From the NCBI GenBank assembly GCA_048884785.1, contig JBHLQM010000033.1, positions 1-34,821 of the forward strand: DNA of 34,821 nucleotides. The letters are read 5' to 3'. Position 1 is the first letter of the stretch. Every line of letters begins with the position of its first letter. A model generated the notes under the pieces. That model saw only the letters and a program-made list of their open reading frames with translations, had not been told where the DNA came from and did no database searches. Shown in pieces: positions 28,166-34,821 of this stretch. The stretch comes from Candidatus Thorarchaeota archaeon (lineage in GTDB: Archaea > Asgardarchaeota > Thorarchaeia > Thorarchaeales > Thorarchaeaceae). A program made the translations under genes and the position numbers.

Positions 28166-28168
28166 ATC

Positions 28169-28639
28169 TCAAACTACAATGACCGGACAGTCTGTCCCTT
28201 GAATCACTTGCTCAGTAGAGCTACCCATATCAATCCGTTTTCCGGACCGGGCTCCGCGTGACCCCATTATCACTAAATCCATGCCAGAATCATTGGCATA
28301 AGCAACAATTCTATCTGAGGGACTACCTTCATCAAGGACCAGTTCTACATCAATACCATAGCTTTCTGCAGCCTTTTTATATCCATCAAGAAGAATCCTG
28401 CCATTTTGTGAGTACTTCTTCTTTATTTCCTCAATATCTTCGCCTGTCATTATCGAGAATTGTTGAACTGAAGGTAGTGGGATAACGTGGATAATATGAA
28501 GTTGAGAACCTGTCATTTCTGCGATTTCAAACGCAACAGTAGCTGCTCTAGCAGCCCTTTCGCTTCCATCAACCGCCAGCATTATCTTCTTGGATCTACA
28601 AAAAATCCGCCCGGGTTCACAATAAAGAATATTCTCCAT
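28169..28639 (-). CDS. Universal stress protein (UspA family)
   Basis: KIMLAVDGSE, LHIIHVI, GSPSDRIV, DLVIMGSRG...MGSSTEQV, CPVIVV. Start uncertain (28639 or 28660). Confidence 0.92.
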   Translation of the reverse strand: MENILYCEPGRIFCRSKKIMLAVDGSERAARAATVAFEIAEMTGSQLHIIHVIPLPSVQQFSIMTGEDIEEIKKKYSQNGRILLDGYKKAAESYGIDVELVLDEGSPSDRIVAYANDSGMDLVIMGSRGARSGKRIDMGSSTEQVIQGTDCPVIVV

Positions 28640-28780
28640 ATTCAATATTGTTAAATTCAACGTTAAAAGTGATACTATGTGAACAAGATGAACATTTGCT
28701 AAGAGAGGGGCTAAGATTTAACTGAGCGGAGAGCTGATACTGTATAACGTTATTCGCTTTATAATGGAGTAGAGAGAGGA

Positions 28781-30154
28781 TTGACAGATATCATAAGTTA
28801 TTATGAAGAGAAGCAATACCCAAGTCATGCAAAAGCTATTGCAGGTATTGCTGTTGTTTTTGGTGCATTCATTATGGCTGGGATCTATTCTCTACTTAGC
28901 CTCTGGAATCAATATGGATCTGATATCTTGCTGCTGCTAGAGAGCACAGGACTTCCATCTTGGATTCTTGATAATTTGATATATGTTGCAGTATTCTTCG
29001 GAGCGATAATTGTGTTCACAGTGCTAGTGGCGATTGCAGCTGCGGCAATGGCAAAGAGGCTAGGGGGAACCCTGATTTATATTGGAGCACTTTTTATGAA
29101 CGTCATGGCCTGGATGGGCGTTGTGTTGCTGTTGATAGCGACAGGTTTCGACCTAGCAGTTTTAGCTGCATCTTGGCCAGTGATAATCCCGGGAGTGTTT
29201 ACACTAATCATTACTGTCCTACTCTTCACAGTATTCAAAGAGAGAGTCAGGAGAGCTGGAGAGATTATCAAATTAACAGGGCAGGTATGTCTGGATGAAA
29301 AAGGTTTGTTTGTTCCAACTCTTTTCACCATGATATTCACCTTGGTTTCTGCACTTCTGTTTGGCGGGATTATCTTCCAATTCACGCCTCTAGATGTTAT
29401 CCTTGGAAACACGCCCTTAACCCTAGAGAATGGTTGGCCAATGGCTGTTGGGCTGATTGCATTCCTATTTGTAACGATTTTCTTCTACAACTTTGCATAT
29501 GCAACATCGTCAGGAATGGTATATCTCTATATGAGAGGAAAAGACCCAGCACTTGGGGATGGCATAAGGAGCGCACTTGGTGTGATTGGGGGTTTGATTG
29601 CACTAGCCATCCTTAGCGTAATAGTTGCGATCATTCGTATAATAATTCAAGCAATCTTTAGAAGAGCCGGCCCAGGTGGAAGAATTGCTGGTGATGTTAC
29701 AAGTGGGATAATAGGCATCGTTTGGTTTTACATTAACTACTTCACAATCCCTGCTATGGTGGCAGAGGAACTTGGTGCAAAGGATGGCATCAAGAGAAGT
29801 GTTAATCTTGTCAGAAAGAACTTCGTTGATGTTATCATTAAGGAGACCGCCGTAAGATGGGGATTTGGAGTACTTGCATTCTTTGTGTTTCTCTCATTTG
29901 CACTAGGTGGTGCTGTCATCGGGTGGTTCATGACCAATGGTGACATCATCCTAACATTGGTTACCACTGTACTCTTCATCGTTTTCGCGGCAATTCCAAG
30001 CACATTGATTCTTAGAACCTTTGATATTGTCTATGTGACTTTGCTTTATGTCTTCATTCGAAGGAAGGAAGGTGAGATCACTGGAAAAACTGCTATACCT
30101 TCTGCTATGAATGAGGAGCTTGATTCTGCGTATAAGAGAGCTAGAAACCAGTAA
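28781..30154 (+). CDS. Polytopic membrane protein, SLC44/CTL (choline transporter-like)/DUF6159-like
   Basis: About 10 TM helices; amphipathic ERVRRAGEIIKLTGQV; INYFTIPAMVAEELGAKDGIKRSVNLVRKNF; FDIVYVTLLYVF. TTG start after GAGGA. Confidence 0.75.
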   Translation: MTDIISYYEEKQYPSHAKAIAGIAVVFGAFIMAGIYSLLSLWNQYGSDILLLLESTGLPSWILDNLIYVAVFFGAIIVFTVLVAIAAAAMAKRLGGTLIYIGALFMNVMAWMGVVLLLIATGFDLAVLAASWPVIIPGVFTLIITVLLFTVFKERVRRAGEIIKLTGQVCLDEKGLFVPTLFTMIFTLVSALLFGGIIFQFTPLDVILGNTPLTLENGWPMAVGLIAFLFVTIFFYNFAYATSSGMVYLYMRGKDPALGDGIRSALGVIGGLIALAILSVIVAIIRIIIQAIFRRAGPGGRIAGDVTSGIIGIVWFYINYFTIPAMVAEELGAKDGIKRSVNLVRKNFVDVIIKETAVRWGFGVLAFFVFLSFALGGAVIGWFMTNGDIILTLVTTVLFIVFAAIPSTLILRTFDIVYVTLLYVFIRRKEGEITGKTAIPSAMNEELDSAYKRARNQ

Positions 30155-30170
30155 TAGAAATACACATCAG

Positions 30171-30206
30171 GTGGGTGGCCTATCACCCACTTCTCTTTTT
30201 TCTTCC
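30171..30206 (+). terminator. Hairpin plus T-rich terminator
   Basis: GTGGGTG-gcctat-CACCCAC followed by TTCTCTTTTTTCTTCC, 16 nt after the stop. Confidence 0.75.
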
Positions 30207-30270
30207 TCTCAAATCATAAGAGTCTAAAGAGGATTAATTTAACGAATCAGCTAAAAGGAAGCATGAAATA

Positions 30271-31293
30271 ATGGAGCCAAAGAAAGCAGCTGCCAACGCA
30301 ATCGAATCAGTGCTAGAAGGAAGACCAGGTGAGTCCATACTCGTCGTGTCCGATGATGTTAGAGTTGATGTAGGACGCGCATTCGCGGATGGAGCTTTAG
30401 AACTGGGTCTCTGGACTCGAATGTTGGTATTGGAAACGTCAGAAACCGTCCATAGAAAGACACCACCCAGTCATCTTGTCGAAATCATCAATTCAAGAAA
30501 TCCGCCGGATATATACATCAATACCCTAAGGGGGTCCGCTCAAGAAACTCCATTTCGCATTAGTATTATTCACTTGGAAACTCGTAAAGGGCGTTCACGA
30601 CTCGGTCATTGTCCAGGAATTACGATGGACATGCTGACCGAAGGAGCGCTTTCTCTTACAAAAGAACAGAATTCCGAAATGCAAGAGAATGCCAGAATAC
30701 TTCTCTCAGCTCTCCAAGACACGGTTTCAGTACAAGTTACTTCTCCTTCAGGTTCGGACTTCTCATTCAGCGTTAAAGGAAGAACATGGTTTTCAGATAC
30801 ATTTCTTGATTGGAAGAACATGAAATGGATGAACCTTCCCACAGGAGAAGTCATTGTTGGCCCTATAGAGACCTCGATGAATGGGGTTCTCGTCTGTGAT
30901 CTTGCTGTCGGTGGTGTTGGTCCTCTTGATAGCCCAATGACTCTTGATGTAAAGGATGGCAGGGTATTCAAAGTAGACAGCAAGGATAGTAGAGCTCTCC
31001 AAATAGTAAGAGATACGCAAGCAACAGATGAAATGGCTAGGCATATTGGAGAGTTTGCGTTTGGTCTCAATCCGAAAGCGAGAATTGTTGAGGAGTTCCT
31101 TGAAAGCGAAAAAGTAGGGAATGCAATTCATGTTGCTTTTGGAAATAATATGGACTACCCAGGGATTGTAGCAAATAACTCAAGAAATCACCAAGATTTT
31201 CTTATTGGAAGTCCAACTGTCAAAATTGCATATGAGGATGGTCGGGAACGAGTTATCATGGAAGATGGAAAACTGATTCTTCATGAAGACTAG
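30271..31293 (+). CDS. M29 family (aminopeptidase T-like) metalloaminopeptidase
   Basis: NLPTGEV, IGEFAFGLNP, ESEK, IHVAFG, HQDF. Confidence 0.9.
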   Translation: MEPKKAAANAIESVLEGRPGESILVVSDDVRVDVGRAFADGALELGLWTRMLVLETSETVHRKTPPSHLVEIINSRNPPDIYINTLRGSAQETPFRISIIHLETRKGRSRLGHCPGITMDMLTEGALSLTKEQNSEMQENARILLSALQDTVSVQVTSPSGSDFSFSVKGRTWFSDTFLDWKNMKWMNLPTGEVIVGPIETSMNGVLVCDLAVGGVGPLDSPMTLDVKDGRVFKVDSKDSRALQIVRDTQATDEMARHIGEFAFGLNPKARIVEEFLESEKVGNAIHVAFGNNMDYPGIVANNSRNHQDFLIGSPTVKIAYEDGRERVIMEDGKLILHED

Positions 31294-31332
31294 CTTTAGG
31301 TGAGTAGCTAGCAATGAAGAGAAATAATGAAG

Positions 31333-31632
31333 CTAGCTTTTACCAACGACGAGAGACTGTTGCTCAGCAGGATTTTCAGCAATGAAAGCTGAGCTGTCTT
31401 CAGTGCCATCTTCTACGGATTTGACTGCATTCTCTGTACCCCGAACCAAGAACCGAAATCCATAGAGTAATTCGGGAAGAGCAAGACTAGCCCATAAAGC
31501 AATCAGAACCAGTATTTGCTCAATTGCCAATATTTCAAATGAAAACGAAGCGGAATATACCGAGAGGGTCATAAGAATTGAGATTAAGATTAGGAAACCT
31601 CCAAGAAAGTTATTCCATCTCGACTCTGCCAT
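31333..31632 (-). CDS. Small 2-TM membrane protein
   Basis: Two hydrophobic helices and an acidic tail. ATG 31632 or TTG 31647. Confidence 0.6.
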   Translation of the reverse strand: MAESRWNNFLGGFLILISILMTLSVYSASFSFEILAIEQILVLIALWASLALPELLYGFRFLVRGTENAVKSVEDGTEDSSAFIAENPAEQQSLVVGKS

Positions 31633-31841
31633 GCCGCCTATCCACAATTAACGTTTATCGCAAGCTCAATTATAAGTTGCGACAGCCCTAAATAGTCAGA
31701 AGTGTACTATAATTAGCCCTGCATTGGTCCCAAAAGCACCGAGGAGCCATTGGGACTAGTGACGGAATAACTTAATATGATAGAAAAACACACACCGAAG
31801 CGCAGACCTTTCAGGGCGATAAGAAAAAGGACGTAGAAGCG

Positions 31842-32258
31842 ATGGTGACAGACAGAGAGGGTGCAACCTCAGCAATCATTTTGCATTTCAGGCCAGGTGA
31901 GCCTGTTGAATTTCCGGCGGAGTTTGTGGCTGACATCAAGGAAAAAGCAGCTCTTACAGTTATGCATCACAAGGACCGCGTAATGAAGATATTCCCAGTT
32001 GCTTCAGATGATATCTACCTACTAAGAATAGAAATCAGTGATCTCTCACGCAATTTTCTCAAGCAACTGAATTTCAGCTTTAATGATGCAAAACTGAGCG
32101 ACATAATCTTCACCACTGGTGTATGTCTAAGAGGCGAGAAATGCTACTACGAGTGCTACTTTGTTCCGGATCAGCTTGTGGTTTCCCTTCAGGAACTTGA
32201 GGATAGTCTCAAGAAAATACCTGGAGTATCAAGAGTAGTCTTGAGGAAAGTATCATAG
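31842..32258 (+). CDS. Hypothetical protein, possible AbrB-like N-terminus plus ACT-like C-terminus
   Basis: C-terminal LLRIEISD...IIFTTGVC...LQELEDSLKKIPGVSRV fits the ACT beta-alpha-beta-beta-alpha-beta pattern. Confidence 0.7.
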   Translation: MVTDREGATSAIILHFRPGEPVEFPAEFVADIKEKAALTVMHHKDRVMKIFPVASDDIYLLRIEISDLSRNFLKQLNFSFNDAKLSDIIFTTGVCLRGEKCYYECYFVPDQLVVSLQELEDSLKKIPGVSRVVLRKVS

Positions 32259-32382
32259 AGTAATCAGTGCAGCTTTGCACAGATGCGATAACTTTCCCAT
32301 AAGAAGCTCCACCGCAGATTACATGGGGGAGCTCCTATAACCACCTTAAGATTATCGCCGCTTGAAGTTTTCAAGGTCTTCT

Positions 32383-32520
32383 CTAGACAATCTCCTGAGC
32401 AAACCATGAAGCCAATGGACTCCTCATATCAACTAATTGGGACGCTATATTCTCATATATCTCAGCTATTCTGCGCTCTGGAATCATATCATTTGATTCT
32501 TTGGATTTAGTTTCATTCAA
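32383..32520 (-). CDS. Possible 45-aa small ORF
   Basis: TTG...TAG encoding MNETKSKESNDMIPERRIAEIYENIASQLVDMRSPLASWFAQEIV, 25 nt downstream of the wHTH gene. Weak SD. Confidence 0.3.
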   Translation of the reverse strand: MNETKSKESNDMIPERRIAEIYENIASQLVDMRSPLASWFAQEIV

Positions 32521-32545
32521 CCTGAATTCAATCCCTTTCTTATCA

Positions 32546-32830
32546 TTATTTTCTCAGCATGAATGTGAGCTGAGAGCCAATAGGTGAATCAGACCCATAC
32601 GTGGTCACCATGGCTTCAGCGGTTTCGTAATTCGGTGAATATAGTGGTCGGCGCATGTCCTGAAGATTGGGTATCTTCTTGCAGAGTTCCTCATTCACTA
32701 ATCTCTTCAGTGCATGACTGACAGTGCGAGGTGCAAGACTTGCAGTCTTGGATATCTCTACTGGGCACATTGGACCACCTCTGACCAAATGTCGTAGCAC
32801 AATCACTGCGCTCTTTGGTAAATGCATCAT
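32546..32830 (-). CDS. Winged-HTH (MarR/TrmB-like) protein
   Basis: LPKSAVIVLRHLVRGGPMCPVEISKTASLAPRTVSHALKRL...NLQDMRRPLY. ATGA overlap with the upstream kinase; GGGGTGA SD. Confidence 0.88.
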   Translation of the reverse strand: MMHLPKSAVIVLRHLVRGGPMCPVEISKTASLAPRTVSHALKRLVNEELCKKIPNLQDMRRPLYSPNYETAEAMVTTYGSDSPIGSQLTFMLRK

Positions 32831-33654
32831 AGCAAATCACCCCTCTCTGATAGTTCTCTGTAGTTCCTGAGGTTCTTTGGGATGTATTCACCCAGGAACA
32901 CGTTTACAATGTAGTCAAAATCTCTGTACACTTCGTATGATTCGAAGTAGTCAAGGACATTCCTGATGTCCCTCCGCAGCATGGCTTCGGCCATATGCAT
33001 ATTGCAATGAGTGTCAACCTTGTAGGCTTGAGGCACGTCGATGATCCAAGGTCGGTTCTGCCACCAGAGTAAATTATACTTACTCAAATCACCGTGGACA
33101 TAATTGACATCTCTATACATTATGAGATAGTCATCAAGTATCTGGTCTAGTGCAATCTCTGGAGTGTGCAACTCAACATCCTTGAGCTGAGGAGCAGGAT
33201 CTTGCCCATCTCCAATGAATCTCATGGTAAGGTAGTTGCCAACACGTCCAATTGGCGTCGGTACATGCACTCCTGCCCTAAATAGATTTGAGAGCAGGTC
33301 ATACTCTAGAACTGCAAAGTTCTCCATCATGCCAGTAATGCAATAGGTTCGCTTCGCAGTTCCTGCAGGAATGAAACCCTTCTTCTTTGACAACTGATGA
33401 GATGATTGCCAGTATCTGTAAGCCTTCAGTATGATAGGATGGTTTTTCCACGTTGCACAGAAGATGGAAGCCTCCTTTCCTGCATTCATCTGGTAAAGCA
33501 CATCCGTTGCAAGTCCAAAGCTGATGGCATCCTCCCTCACCGACTCAAATGTTATTTCGGAAATATCGGGTTTTCCGCCCTGAGCTTTCTCCTTCTCTCT
33601 CTTGCGAACTAGTGCCCCTGCCTTCATAGGATTGTGTTTCTCTACACGGCTCAC
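32827..33654 (-). CDS. RIO1-like atypical Ser/Thr kinase (copy 2)
   Basis: AGKEASIF, ILKAYR, VPTP, LTMRFIG...PAPQLKD, VHGDLSKYNLL, IIDVPQA, LRRDIRN. GTG at 33654 overlaps the upstream TGA (alternative start 33663). Confidence 0.93.
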   Translation of the reverse strand: MSRVEKHNPMKAGALVRKREKEKAQGGKPDISEITFESVREDAISFGLATDVLYQMNAGKEASIFCATWKNHPIILKAYRYWQSSHQLSKKKGFIPAGTAKRTYCITGMMENFAVLEYDLLSNLFRAGVHVPTPIGRVGNYLTMRFIGDGQDPAPQLKDVELHTPEIALDQILDDYLIMYRDVNYVHGDLSKYNLLWWQNRPWIIDVPQAYKVDTHCNMHMAEAMLRRDIRNVLDYFESYEVYRDFDYIVNVFLGEYIPKNLRNYRELSERGDLL

Positions 33655-34454
33655 TTGATCCACACTCCTACATCCTCAGCATAATGGCGTAGATTATCAG
33701 GCACATATTCAGAAAGAAAAACATCGACTATGAAATCGGGGTCTCGGCGGATATTATAGTACTTCTTGAAATAGGATAGTAGATTTATGATATCACGACG
33801 AAGCAGAGAAACAGCTTCTTTCATATCAGTCCAGGGACCAATATGGAGGGCTTGCGGCATATCAATAATCCAAGGCTTGTCATTCCACCAGAGAATATTG
33901 TACGCACTGAAATCACCATGAAGGAAATTCGCCTTCTTGTACATGATTAAATACTGATCCAAAATCAAATCTAACGCAAGTTCAGGCTCTTCGAGGCGAA
34001 CATCTTTCAGCTGAGGGGCTGGTTTCGGACCGTCACCTATCAACCTCATGGTCAGGTAGTTTCCTACTCGACCAATGGGTGTTGGAACGTTCATCCCCTG
34101 AGTGAAACACACCAGAAGTACTTCATACTCCTTCGATGCAAGACCTTCCATTTTCACCGGGGCATACACTCCCTTTTTCTTGCTGGCCTGAGACGTTAAC
34201 CAAAATCTGTATGCCTTAAGCAAGATAGGGTGTCCCTTCCAGCTGGCTAGGAAGATAGATGCCTCTTTACCTGCTTTCATCTGATAGAGCACGTCACTCG
34301 CAAGACCGAATTGAATAGCATCTTGCCTTACGTCTTCTAGAGTGATTTCATTAATCTCGACTTCTTTTCCCCACTTGGATCCCTTGGCACTCTCTCTTTT
34401 CCTTGATAGAGCGCTGGATTTGAGGGGATTGAATTTTTCTACTGGAGCACCCAC
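33651..34454 (-). CDS. RIO1-like atypical Ser/Thr kinase (copy 1)
   Basis: AGKEASIF, LLKAYR, VPTP, PAPQLKD, LHGDFSAYNIL, IIDMPQA, LRRDIIN. Confidence 0.93.
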   Translation of the reverse strand: MGAPVEKFNPLKSSALSRKRESAKGSKWGKEVEINEITLEDVRQDAIQFGLASDVLYQMKAGKEASIFLASWKGHPILLKAYRFWLTSQASKKKGVYAPVKMEGLASKEYEVLLVCFTQGMNVPTPIGRVGNYLTMRLIGDGPKPAPQLKDVRLEEPELALDLILDQYLIMYKKANFLHGDFSAYNILWWNDKPWIIDMPQALHIGPWTDMKEAVSLLRRDIINLLSYFKKYYNIRRDPDFIVDVFLSEYVPDNLRHYAEDVGVWIK

Positions 34455-34821
34455 TACCTACACTCTCCGCGAGTGGAGCTCGAATTCGGTTTGATATTGT
34501 TAGTATGCAATTTTCTTGTTCACTCTCATGATCGAGCAGAATCACGCCTTACGTTAATAGCACATAATTTCCTGAATAGAACAAGACATCCACAGACTGA
34601 TACTTTCTTCCTGAAAGAATCAAGTCACGGCGTGTTGATAACTATCAACTACCAAGAAGAAGAGGGAGTTAGAATCTTCCCGCAGCACCAGTGCAGATGC
34701 CCATCGTAAAATCCATTCTTATCACTGAATACATTCCATTCTGCACCTCCATTGCTGTCATTACCGAATTAGGTAGGGGAGGCTTTGGAAAAAGGCATAT
34801 ATCATTTGTGGTTGACGCCAG

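Noticed and set aside
5045-31131. Numerous antisense or alternate-frame ORFs inside long genes (e.g. 5045..5389, 7472..7915, 20788..21249, 26267..26686, 30606..31070)
   Set aside because: They lie within or opposite genes with clear family motifs; typical shadow ORFs.
31720-31765. TCCCAA...TTGGGA inverted repeat in the divergent intergenic region
   Set aside because: Short stem with a long loop, compatible with chance.
32827-34454. RIO duplication as an assembly artefact
   Set aside because: The copies have many amino-acid and synonymous differences and an indel, so the duplication is old.
34455-34821. Coding feature at the right edge (34473..34709 +, or minus-strand GGAGGTG followed by MECIQ*)
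   Set aside because: Several short frames are possible and none has a recognisable motif; cannot be resolved without flanking sequence.
1-34821. Mobile elements, defence systems, tRNA/rRNA
   Set aside because: No transposase, integrase, nuclease, cas gene, terminal repeat or cloverleaf was recognised.

Overview
Chromosomal window from an archaeon, most likely Asgard (Thorarchaeia-like). This is inferred from a TPR-longin fusion, an archaeal TFS/RpoM-like zinc ribbon, RIO kinases, T-rich terminators and short Shine-Dalgarno (SD) motifs. It is gene-dense and dominated by peptide scavenging: four secreted subtilisin-like S8 proteases (one runs off the left edge and is missing from the ORF track), an M20 peptidase and an M29 aminopeptidase. 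It also carries serC with DUF1015, ogt, a ClC channel, a universal stress protein, a FAD oxidoreductase with a probable CTG start, and a translationally coupled RIO-RIO-wHTH operon. The best novel candidates are: (1) a ~150-nt structured 5' leader of the first S8 protease with mutually exclusive pairings that can sequester the SD, a candidate archaeal riboswitch; (2) an S8 protease with the domain order of eukaryotic Site-1 protease (MBTPS1/SKI-1); (3) an SLC44/CTL-like transporter; (4) a stand-alone Whirly/PC4-like protein; (5) the tandem RIO kinase operon. No rRNA, tRNA, CRISPR array or mobile element was seen. All family calls come from motif recognition by eye; no database search was run.
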